Shown in pieces: positions 18,220-25,853 of a stretch of 32,000 nucleotides of DNA. Both the position numbers and the translations under genes were made by a program. The first letter of the stretch is position 1. The number at the start of each line of letters is the position of its first letter. Source of the stretch: Halomicronema hongdechloris C2206 (GTDB lineage Bacteria > Cyanobacteriota > Cyanobacteriia > Phormidesmidales > Phormidesmidaceae). The notes beneath the pieces are model-generated. The model saw only the letters and a program-made list of their open reading frames with translations. It was not told where the DNA came from and made no database searches. The stretch spans positions 4,620,001 to 4,652,000 of the forward strand of contig NZ_CP021983.2 of assembly GCF_002075285.3 (NCBI RefSeq). The letters are read 5' to 3'.

Positions 18220-18702
18220 CTAGGGAGAAACAGTAATGGTGTATTCGTAGCGCTGGTTTTGGTGGTGGGAACCGACCCAAATTCGATAGGTCCCCGCCCG
18301 CCAGCCACTGTCGACGACGTTGGCGTCGGGATTGCGGCGGCTGGTGTCGCTACCGCAGCGAATAGTGTTGTTGTCGGGGCCTTGAATTAGCAGGGTAGTA
18401 TCATTGCCGCCGCTGTCGATCTGGACGGTCAGGTCTTCATAATCCTGTTGCAAGGTCAAGATGTGATCTGGATTTTCTGCGGCGTACCCTAAGCAGAGAT
18501 CTCCGTTGCGATCGCGAGGGGCAATATTCGACAACGAGAAGAAGCCAGCGGTATTGCCATTGGCACTGGCACTGGTGCTATTGGTGCCTAGGGTAAGGCT
18601 GCCAAAGTTGGCCGTTTGGGCTAGGGCAGGAGCCATGCTTACCATGGCCGCACATCCCAGCAGTACTGGCCCGCGCATAAATCGTTTAAAGTGGCTAAAC
18701 AT
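18220..18702 (-). CDS. Small secreted protein of unknown function (signal peptide plus a ~125-aa beta-rich domain)
   Basis: The signal peptide MFSHFKRFMRGPVLLGCAAMVSMAPALA|QT is followed by a domain I recall as a C-terminal appendage of cyanobacterial trypsin-like proteases (GSLTL...C.GY....PDH.LTL...DTTLLI.GP......C.DD....NP.....W.AGTY.IWVGS). Here it stands alone. Confidence 0.7.
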   Translation of the reverse strand: MFSHFKRFMRGPVLLGCAAMVSMAPALAQTANFGSLTLGTNSTSASANGNTAGFFSLSNIAPRDRNGDLCLGYAAENPDHILTLQQDYEDLTVQIDSGGNDTTLLIQGPDNNTIRCGSDTSRRNPDANVVDSGWRAGTYRIWVGSHHQNQRYEYTITVSP

Positions 18703-18810
18703 GGTGTTTCTCCTAAACCTATTCTCATCTTGCCCTGCTTTAATAGGAGAGTGATGTTACCGTAGACAGTCTCTCAAGTGTCTGCTGGGATACCATTCCC
18801 TCTATCTATC

Positions 18811-18846
18811 TAAAAGAACGAAAAGGACGAAAAGGACGAAAAGGAC
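18811..18846. repeat. Tandem 9-bp repeat GAAAAGGAC, three perfect copies plus one degenerate copy
   Basis: taaaagaac-gaaaaggac-gaaaaggac-gaaaaggac, in the divergent spacer between 18702 and 18871. Confidence 0.8.
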
Positions 18847-18870
18847 AATCGTTATCGCGATAACGAGCCC

Positions 18871-19032
18871 ATGAGTTTGGTCTGGCTACTCATTATGATT
18901 GCGGTCAACTGGAGTCTCTCTGCTCTGATCAACCTTCTGCCTGAGGCAGTACCGCTGCATTTACCAAACTGGGGGACGTGGTTAATCATTGGCCTGCTGG
19001 TGAGTTGGTTAATGGGGACTAGCCCACACTAG
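18871..19032 (+). CDS. Possible 53-aa two-TM membrane peptide (below the ORF-track cutoff)
   Basis: MSLVWLLIMIAVNWSLSALINLLPEAVPLHLPNWGTWLIIGLLVSWLMGTSPH*. It has two hydrophobic helices. It is in the same frame as the downstream remnant, so it could be real or part of the decayed gene. Confidence 0.3.
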   Translation: MSLVWLLIMIAVNWSLSALINLLPEAVPLHLPNWGTWLIIGLLVSWLMGTSPH

Positions 19033-19188
19033 AGACATCGACTTAGCCAGCATCTCTATGCCTGGAAAAGCGCTAAATGGATTAACGGCATAGAGGTGTT
19101 AGATGGCCAAACTCTGGGTTTTTGGGAGCGCAACGGCTATCACCGCCGGGGGGATCCGTGGGCTGTCGAGCGCTACAGCGATCGGTGA
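19033..19188 (+). pseudogene. Remnant: last ~50 codons of a sulfite-oxidase-like molybdopterin oxidoreductase
   Basis: [46 protein letters not shown] matches the family C-terminal consensus HLYFWKSAKW..G.......GFWE..GYH..GDPW.E.RY. The whole catalytic domain is absent. Confidence 0.65.
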
Positions 19189-19281
19189 GCATCTTCTGCC
19201 GTTGAGAGCAAAGATACCACTGGTGTCGGGGATGCCTTTCTGACTGGAATGATTCACCAACTTGATCAGGCAAAGGGATAA
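19189..19281 (+). pseudogene. Remnant: last ~30 codons of a PfkB-family sugar kinase
   Basis: SKDTTGVGDAFLTGMIHQLDQAKG* contains the PfkB signature-2 DTTGAGDAF. It starts immediately after the previous remnant's TGA and has no upstream body. Confidence 0.6.
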
Positions 19282-19311
19282 TCCCAGCTAAATCCAGAAC
19301 CCACGAAACTC

Positions 19312-19602
19312 TCATAGTTTGGAGCCAAGAATGCAGCATGGGCTAGTGAGACGCCTACTGTCTCTCTTCGTCGCGATCGCCGCCTGGTTATGGATGCTTC
19401 CAACGTAAGCATCCAGGCAGCTCTCATAGCTGGCTTGGGCCGTGAACTACGCCAGCGCTTTAATCCAGGTCGCTTTGTAGCGACGATCGCCAAAACGCTT
19501 CATGTCTTGGACAAACGTCACTTCTTGGGTGATGACGCCACTGGCATCGTTGAAAAGCTTCCAGGCTCTCCAAACTTTGTCTTTTAGCTCCAGTAGTTTC
19601 AT
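19312..19602 (-). pseudogene. Unknown ORF interrupted by an in-frame TAG (51 codons, stop, 44 codons)
   Basis: MKLLELKDKVWRAWKLFNDASGVITQEVTFVQDMKRFGDRRYKATWIKALA*FTAQASYESCLDAYVGSIHNQAAIATKRDSRRLTSPCCILGSKL*. The frame continues across the TAG at 19447-19449. I do not recognise the family. Confidence 0.3.
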
Positions 19603-19747
19603 GGCGACATGAGTGAAGTAAGCCCCTTGATATCACGAGATAGGCTGTACCTCACCCAGTAAGGAAAGGCTGTATCGCCATAGGCTTTGTTTAGTGAGAT
19701 CGGTAAAAGAGATGCGATCGCATCTCCCCACCTAAAAAGGCGTACCT

Positions 19748-19780
19748 AAAAAGGCGGACAAGATGATCCATCCTGTCCGC
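19748..19780 (-). terminator. Rho-independent terminator downstream of the Hsp20 gene
   Basis: The minus strand reads GCGGACAGGATG-gat-CATCTTGTCCGC (12-bp stem with one G.U) followed by CTTTTTAGG. Confidence 0.7.
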
Positions 19781-19875
19781 TACCGGGATCTTGTTACTGT
19801 AACTGCTCAGCCAGTGAGCTTGAACCTCGAGGGGCTAGTTCGGTCCCCCGCAGGTAGACACTCAACAATCCTAGG

Positions 19876-20397
19876 CTACTGAGCAGTGGTCTCTTGAGCA
19901 GTACTCGCCCCGTTGTCCGCCGCCGTGGAGATGGCTGGCTTGGCCCCGTTGGCCACATTCACTTTCACGACTCTGTGGCGCACCTCTTCCGCCTTAGGCA
20001 TCGTTAGGGTCAAGTGCCCGGCATTGAAGTCTGCCTGAACCTGAGTGTTCTGAATGGCATCCGGTAGATTGATTACACGACGGAATGTTCCGTAGGAAAT
20101 ATCGTCATAGAGTACGGTATGCTCCGCCGCCACGGAAGTCGGCTGCCGCTCCCCAGAGATGGCAATGGCATTGCGGCTAACCTGAATATCGATGGCATCA
20201 GGATTAACCACGGGCAGCAGCATGGTCAGGACATAGGCATCGCCTTGATCAACCAATCGAGCCGCTGGAGTCCAGTGAATTTGCTTTTTAGACTGCTGTG
20301 AAGTGGCGGGGCCGATTTGATTAAACAGCTCATCCAATTGGCGGCGGTGGCGGGTTGTCTCTAGTTCCCAAAGAGGATTCCAGTAGCGAACAGTCAT
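19876..20397 (-). CDS. Hsp20/alpha-crystallin family small heat-shock protein
   Basis: The alpha-crystallin core is WTPAARLVDQGDAYVLTMLLPVVNPDAIDIQVSRNAIAISGER...YGTFRRVINLPDAIQNTQVQADFNAGHLTLTMPK, with an A/T/Q-rich C-terminal tail. Confidence 0.88.
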   Translation of the reverse strand: MTVRYWNPLWELETTRHRRQLDELFNQIGPATSQQSKKQIHWTPAARLVDQGDAYVLTMLLPVVNPDAIDIQVSRNAIAISGERQPTSVAAEHTVLYDDISYGTFRRVINLPDAIQNTQVQADFNAGHLTLTMPKAEEVRHRVVKVNVANGAKPAISTAADNGASTAQETTAQ

Positions 20398-20718
20398 GAT
20401 GTTAGGTCTCCTTAAGCTGTGCTTTTCAAGACTCTTTATTTACAACTCCCATGATGGCGGGTTCACCAGAGAGAGACCAGTCAAGACAACCTCACCTAAG
20501 AGGTGTATTTACCCCCCAAAGAATGGTTCATTAGCTCTGAGATAATTATCTAGAAATTGGTGTGGAGATCCCTACTTGAATGGAGTGTTACTGCACCTTT
20601 ATCATTGGCATCTGCATAAGAATACCTATTGGTACTTCACTACGCTAATTATTGAGCCTGGTGAGACATCTATCCCGCCTTTATGACTCGTAGTCAACGA
20701 GATCCTAGACCATCAAAA

Positions 20719-23700
20719 TTATCCTGGGATAGTCACCCTGAATAATTCATCTTCGTAAACTGCTTGCAGGGTTGCCCCATAGGTTTCCTGGAAGAATGTT
20801 TTGAATTCATTTCCAGGAAAGTAGAGAAATACGGTGTCATATTCATTGAGAGCTGCCTTCAAATCAATCTGGGCAGCCCATTGTTCCGGAGGGGTTTCTT
20901 GAAATAGTTGAAAGCGGACATCGTCATGGACGACATGGCTTAGGGCTAGGATAAAGCTATGGGTGGCATCACTGATGATCAGTGGGTTCTCGGCTTGGTT
21001 AATAATAGGAGCCATTTCCAAGTTCGTGGCACTGGCGGTTTCCCCTTGATCTAGATAGTCCCAGCCTGGAGTATTAGCGATCACCACCGCTGACATCACT
21101 CCGGCAGCGATTAAACCAGAGAATACAAGTTTCCAAGCTATCCGTTCCCAGGCCCGTTTGGCGAAGGCGATGCCATTGCCGAGGAAATAGGCGACGGCCA
21201 TTTCAGTCGATAGAAAAGCAGGTACTAGGTAGCGAGCCTGTAAGGAGCGCCCTCCTCCGTAGAGCAGATCGGGAATCACTAAGACTGCCCCTGTAATGAC
21301 GATGGGCAGGAGTAGAAATATCCAAATCCGCGCTGGGGTAAACCGAATCAGGCAATAGAGTGCCAAGACCGTTAATGCTAGCAGCAGTAAGTCAGCATAG
21401 TTTTCTAAACGGGTGGCATCATTGAGGTCAAAAAAGGTGTTACCGAGGTTAGCGATACTGGCCCGAGCAATGCTGACAAAGCTGGAGGGACGACTCTGAA
21501 CCCATTGGGTTTTCTCGTCAATATCTTCGATGCTGATGAGGACGACTAGCAGCCAGGGGACAAAGGCCAACAGAGCTACTCCACCTGAGACGGCCATGGG
21601 CAGGAGATGCGATCGCACCCGTCTCCATTCAAACAACAGACTATAAACTCCCTGAGCAGCCAGCGTAAATAGGAAAAACAGGTGAGAGTAGAGTCCCACA
21701 ATCACGGTCAGGGCATAGATCATCCAAGCCTGCAGACTGGCAACTCGCAGAGCTCTGAGTAGAGCCGCATTCGACAGGAGAATGGCCAGGGTCCAAAGGC
21801 TATATTCTCGGGCTCCTTGCCCCAGTAAAAGATGGTAAGGGGAGATAGCAATTAATCCCATCGCGATCCACCCGGCCCCAGCAGAACGAAACAGTTCTCG
21901 GCCAAACCAATAGGCACAGGGCAGGGCCACAATCCCTAACAGGACCGAGATTACCCGCGCCGATACCGGTGTTCCCCACAACTGCATCCAAAATCGGGCC
22001 GACAGATAATAAAGTGGGGTATGCTCAGGATTGCCGGCTAGGGCAGACATGGTATCACCCAATTGGCGCGCCGATGAGGGCGTCTGATAATGTTGAATTT
22101 GATCGACGGTGAGGATGTCACCCTGAAAGGCCTCAGCTAGAACCTCCTGCCGGGTATAGCCAGAGATCCGGTAAAATCCCCTGACTTCGTCGGCATTGTA
22201 CGCCTTGCCATCCAGATTGACCAGGGAAAACACCAATCGCAGGATAATCAGTGCCACGATCGTTCCTTTGAGACTAAGCGGCACCCCGCGGCGAACCTGC
22301 TGTGACCAGGACTGCACCTCTGGCAAGAAGGATGTCATCCAGCCCTTGGCCCCTAGATACTCGATGGCTCCATAGGTGATCAGAACTACGACAAGGATTG
22401 CCAGTAGCTTCAGGATGCGACCGCGATGAATTGCTAGGAATAGCTTTGCTTGGGTCAGAGTGCCAGGAGCAGGGGTTTGCTGTCGTGCGATGGCCAGGGT
22501 TTCCCAGGTATTACCACCATCTGTGGATCGATAGAGCTCGGTTCTGGCGGAGCCGAATCCGTAGAGGATATTGTCGTCAGCATAGTTGGACGAAAATTGC
22601 AGCGCCCGTCCTGCCGAGGGCACGCTATTCATCCGTGCCAGAGTAATCCTAGAGTCGCCAATTGCGGTAAAGGTTTGGCCGCTGTCAGTGGTCTTAAATA
22701 GCCCTCGTCCCCGTACGCTAAGGGCAAAGGTTTGATCCTCGGCATAGTCCGGGGAAATGGCGACGGCCTCCACGTAGGGAGCCTCACCATAGGCGGTGCT
22801 GATAATTTTGGTCCAGGTTTTGCCCGCATCCTGGGTTTGATAGAGGCCGCTGCGGGTGGCCACTAGTAAGGTTTGATCCTCTGGAAAATTGGGGGAGATG
22901 GCCAACTGTAGGCCGGTAGCCTCTGCTAGAGGGGTGTCTGCGGTCAGCAGGGTCCAGGTCTTTCCGGCATCGGTGCTTTGATAGATGCCTTGCTCCCCGG
23001 TAGTGAATAGGGTCTGGTCAACAGCGAACCCAGGCGATAGAACCGTGGAGGGGGAATCGTTACCTGGTTGTTTGGCTGATTCACCAATCCTTTCAAAGGT
23101 ATGGCCCCTATCCTGAGAGCGATAGACTCGGCCCGATTGATTGGTGCTGAAGACCGTGTGATCCTCTGCGAAATTAGGAGATACTGCCAGGGTAACGCCT
23201 CGCTCCGACTTATCGAGTTGGGCAATGGACCAACGTTGCCCTCCGTCTGAAGATTGCAGAATCTTGCTGTAGAGAATGGCCGAAAATAATGTTTCATCGG
23301 CAGCATAGTTGGAGGAAATATCAATATCAAAAAAGCGCCTGGGATCCTGTTCGTAGCGACCCGGTGTTTTCAACGTGCGGTTGAAGCGGGGCAAATAGAG
23401 ATCTTGATTGATGGCTTGCCAAGAATCACCCCGGTCATGGCTGATGTAAAGTTCCCCGACATAGGTAGCTACCGCTAGGGTGCCATCCTCTGCCAGGGTG
23501 GGAGAAACCGTTAGATCAATAATGGTGCCGAGAGACAGGGTTTCCAGTTCAGTCCAGGTATTGCCGCCATCACGGCTGCGAAAGAGGCCGTCAAACCCTC
23601 CCAGGAAGGCAATGCCGTCAGTTTGGAAGCGATCCGAGATTTCCAGGTCCTGGAAGTGGGGTACCTCCATCTCGTCGGCTTGGGGATCACGGCTTAATCC

Positions 23701-24606
23701 AGTGTCTGTATTTACCCATTGTGCTTGCTCTGGCCGCCAGCGCCAACAGCCCCCATCCCAGGTGATTGCAAGTAATGACATCTCTCCGGCTGGGGCTGGT
23801 AAGGGCAGTACCTCCCGTACTCGTAAATCCTCTAGCCCTTGATTCAACGAGGTAAAGGAAGCACCGCCGTCTATAGACTGATAAATGCCTGATTCAGCCG
23901 TAGCAATGAATAGGGTCTGATCGGTCGAGTAATTAGGGGAGGGCGCAATAGCCTGAATTGCTTCGCCTTGAGGCAGGGTGGACCAGGCAGACCAGGTAGT
24001 GCCTTGATCGTCAGAACGCCACAGCTGCCCCTGGGCATTCCCCAGTAATGCAGTCGGCGTTTCCGGGATATAGGCCAGGCTAGTTGCATCGCTAGCGGTA
24101 AGAACCTTTTGCCAGCGATTGCCGCCATTGCTGGTCTGGTACAGTTGGTTGTCTTGGGTCATGGCCAGAGCTACTTGGGACGAGGTAGCAGAGGCCTGGA
24201 TCCAAGTGATATCAAGGCTATCAAGCCCTTGGTTAACGGTTTGCCAGGAGTCACCGCCGTCTTTAGAGGTATAGATACCATCTCCCGGACTGGTGAGATA
24301 CAGTAGAGCCGGGTCAACGGGCGACAGGTCTAGGGAAGAGAAGTCAAAGCGGTTGTCTAGGCCATTGCTTAAGCGAGACCAGGTATTGCCCTGATCCGTG
24401 GAGCGAAAGAGATTGTTTCTGCCCAGAATATACAGGGTGCTATCTTGGCTGAAGCTGGGTGACACTTCCACATAGGGCACAACATCGTGGGGGCGATGGG
24501 CATAGGCTGGCTGAGCGGGCCAGAGTAGGCCGCCCAAGGCTGCGAGGAGTATCCCCAGACTGGACGCTAAAACCTTAGAGCCGAGGCGGCCAACACGAGA
24601 ACGCAT
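20719..24606 (-). CDS. Fusion protein: signal/anchor, ~700-aa Asp-box (BNR)/Ycf48-like beta-propeller region, then a GT39/ArnT-PMT-like polytopic glycosyltransferase
   Basis: I count 13 Asp-box motifs (S/T-x-D-x-G-x-T/S-W/F), e.g. STDQGNTWS, SKDGGDSWQ, SRDGGNTWT, STDAGKTWT, TQDAGKTWT, STDGGNTWE. From about aa 740 the protein has roughly 11-12 TM segments. These include the GT39-like block EHTPLYYLSARFWMQLWG...ARVISVLLGIVALPCAYWFGRELF. Confidence 0.8.
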   Translation of the reverse strand: MRSRVGRLGSKVLASSLGILLAALGGLLWPAQPAYAHRPHDVVPYVEVSPSFSQDSTLYILGRNNLFRSTDQGNTWSRLSNGLDNRFDFSSLDLSPVDPALLYLTSPGDGIYTSKDGGDSWQTVNQGLDSLDITWIQASATSSQVALAMTQDNQLYQTSNGGNRWQKVLTASDATSLAYIPETPTALLGNAQGQLWRSDDQGTTWSAWSTLPQGEAIQAIAPSPNYSTDQTLFIATAESGIYQSIDGGASFTSLNQGLEDLRVREVLPLPAPAGEMSLLAITWDGGCWRWRPEQAQWVNTDTGLSRDPQADEMEVPHFQDLEISDRFQTDGIAFLGGFDGLFRSRDGGNTWTELETLSLGTIIDLTVSPTLAEDGTLAVATYVGELYISHDRGDSWQAINQDLYLPRFNRTLKTPGRYEQDPRRFFDIDISSNYAADETLFSAILYSKILQSSDGGQRWSIAQLDKSERGVTLAVSPNFAEDHTVFSTNQSGRVYRSQDRGHTFERIGESAKQPGNDSPSTVLSPGFAVDQTLFTTGEQGIYQSTDAGKTWTLLTADTPLAEATGLQLAISPNFPEDQTLLVATRSGLYQTQDAGKTWTKIISTAYGEAPYVEAVAISPDYAEDQTFALSVRGRGLFKTTDSGQTFTAIGDSRITLARMNSVPSAGRALQFSSNYADDNILYGFGSARTELYRSTDGGNTWETLAIARQQTPAPGTLTQAKLFLAIHRGRILKLLAILVVVLITYGAIEYLGAKGWMTSFLPEVQSWSQQVRRGVPLSLKGTIVALIILRLVFSLVNLDGKAYNADEVRGFYRISGYTRQEVLAEAFQGDILTVDQIQHYQTPSSARQLGDTMSALAGNPEHTPLYYLSARFWMQLWGTPVSARVISVLLGIVALPCAYWFGRELFRSAGAGWIAMGLIAISPYHLLLGQGAREYSLWTLAILLSNAALLRALRVASLQAWMIYALTVIVGLYSHLFFLFTLAAQGVYSLLFEWRRVRSHLLPMAVSGGVALLAFVPWLLVVLISIEDIDEKTQWVQSRPSSFVSIARASIANLGNTFFDLNDATRLENYADLLLLALTVLALYCLIRFTPARIWIFLLLPIVITGAVLVIPDLLYGGGRSLQARYLVPAFLSTEMAVAYFLGNGIAFAKRAWERIAWKLVFSGLIAAGVMSAVVIANTPGWDYLDQGETASATNLEMAPIINQAENPLIISDATHSFILALSHVVHDDVRFQLFQETPPEQWAAQIDLKAALNEYDTVFLYFPGNEFKTFFQETYGATLQAVYEDELFRVTIPG

Positions 24607-24697
24607 GATGTTACCAAGGGAATGACAGGTTATTCACCACCTTAGGTATCTGCCAAGGAAGATGCATCAATCTGTCATGAATATTGTGTGAACTATT

Positions 24698-25489
24698 TCA
24701 ACCGGGTGTGGTCACTGGGGGCCGTGGTCGAAACAGGTGATCGTGGCTGGGATCATAGAGGTGCGATCGCACCTGCCCGGCAGCCAAGGCGGGGCTAATC
24801 ACGTAGAGGGTGGTGCGAATCAGGTCTTCTTGTCGTGTCATGGCGGCCATCTCCGCCAGGGTGACCAGCCGAATCTTTTCATCGGGCCAGCCCAAGCGGT
24901 AGCAGATCGCCACTGGGGTATCGCTGGGGTAATGGGCCGCTAACTTGGCCTGGGCCTGCTCTACATGGCGGGCACTGAGATAGAGGCAGAGGCTAGTGCG
25001 ATGGGCCGCTAGGGTAGCCAAGTCTTCTGAGGCTGGCACTTGGGTGCGACCACTGATACGGGTGAGGATGATGGACTGCACCAGCCCAGGGATAGTCAAC
25101 TCCACCTTGAGCTTGGCCGCCGCCGCCTGGTAGGCGCCAATGCCAGGCACCACCTCAAAGGGAATGTGTGCCCGGGCCAAGGCCTGCATCTGTTCATGGA
25201 TGGCACTGTAAAGACTGGGATCTCCAGACTGCAACCGCACCACCGATTGCCCTGCCCGCACCCGTTCAATCATCAGGGGCAGAATCGTCTCCAGGGTCAT
25301 GGCAGCGGTGCCGATGCGCTCGGCCTCAGGGCGGATCCAGTCCAGTACCTGTTTGGGAACCAAGGAGTTGGCATAGAGAACCACATCGGCCTGCCGTAGC
25401 AGCCGTTGGGCCTTGATGGTGAGTAATTCGGGGTCACCAGGGCCAGCTCCGACGATATAGACCGCTGGGGATAGCTGAGATAAGGTCAT
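24698..25489 (-). CDS. cobM: Precorrin-4 C11-methyltransferase
   Basis: The tetrapyrrole methylase fold is marked by VYIVGAGPGDPELLTIKAQRLLRQADVVLYANSLVP and VVRLQSGDPSLYSAIHEQM. Length and spacing are typical of CobM/CbiF. Confidence 0.88.
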   Translation of the reverse strand: MTLSQLSPAVYIVGAGPGDPELLTIKAQRLLRQADVVLYANSLVPKQVLDWIRPEAERIGTAAMTLETILPLMIERVRAGQSVVRLQSGDPSLYSAIHEQMQALARAHIPFEVVPGIGAYQAAAAKLKVELTIPGLVQSIILTRISGRTQVPASEDLATLAAHRTSLCLYLSARHVEQAQAKLAAHYPSDTPVAICYRLGWPDEKIRLVTLAEMAAMTRQEDLIRTTLYVISPALAAGQVRSHLYDPSHDHLFRPRPPVTTPG

Positions 25490-25619
25490 GGGCTACATAA
25501 AAACTTCATGAATGCCTTGATCTTAGGGCCAGCCATAAAGTCTCCGTAAAGTGATAGCGGTTATCCGGAAAGGTCGGGGCAAACGCGGAGAGTGAACTGG
25601 TAGATGCACCCTGATTCGA

Positions 25620-25657
25620 CCCCTCTGGAGTTCTTTGGAATTCCGGGGGTTTTTTTT
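25620..25657 (+). terminator. Strong plus-strand intrinsic terminator with no upstream plus-strand gene (orphan; possible sRNA or leader end)
   Basis: CCCC-tct-GGAGTTC-tttg-GAATTCC-g-GGGG followed by T8 (25650-25657). It lies in the divergent cobM / orthocaspase spacer. Confidence 0.6.
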
Positions 25658-25853
25658 AGCAGCAATGACCTCTCTCCGAAATGGGCGTCAACTCAGTCGG
25701 TAGTCTATACAGTACTGGCCAGATAGCTTGCTTGGGCAGAAGGAACGAACTCGTCGAGAACTGGGAGCTATCTGGGGGTGCAACCGCTGTGACCATGACA
25801 ACGGCTACCATAGTGGTTGCCACCGCGGGCGAATGGACCAAACGAGGGCTCCC

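Noticed and set aside
18811-18846. Possible CRISPR or other spaced repeat array
   Set aside because: The units are 9 bp, directly tandem with no spacers, and only 3-4 copies long. This is a simple microsatellite-like repeat.
20531-20560. CIRCE (HrcA operator) upstream of hsp20, prompted by TTAGCTCTGAG
   Set aside because: It does not match TTAGCACTC-N9-GAGTGCTAA, and there is no inverted partner. Only the unrelated AT-rich palindrome remains.
25490-25660. Cobalamin riboswitch upstream of cobM (minus strand)
   Set aside because: I read the minus strand for the B12 box (AGYCMGGAGACCKGCC-like), for GCCACTG and for the GGGAA/GGTGAAA core elements. None is present.
25683-25710. tRNA-like stretch GGGCGTCAACTCAGTCGGTAGTC (12-nt identity to the common D-arm CTCAGTCGGTAG)
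   Set aside because: The D-stem does not close (ACTC/GTCT). No anticodon arm, T-arm (GGTTCGAATCC-like) or matching acceptor 3' strand follows. At best it is a short tRNA 5' scar and may be chance.
25728-25853. 42-codon N-terminal extension of the orthocaspase ORF (track start at TTG 25728)
   Set aside because: The extension is Cys/His/Arg-rich with no motif and would bury the twin-arginine signal. The ATG at 25854 has a GAGGG Shine-Dalgarno sequence and gives a canonical Tat n-region.
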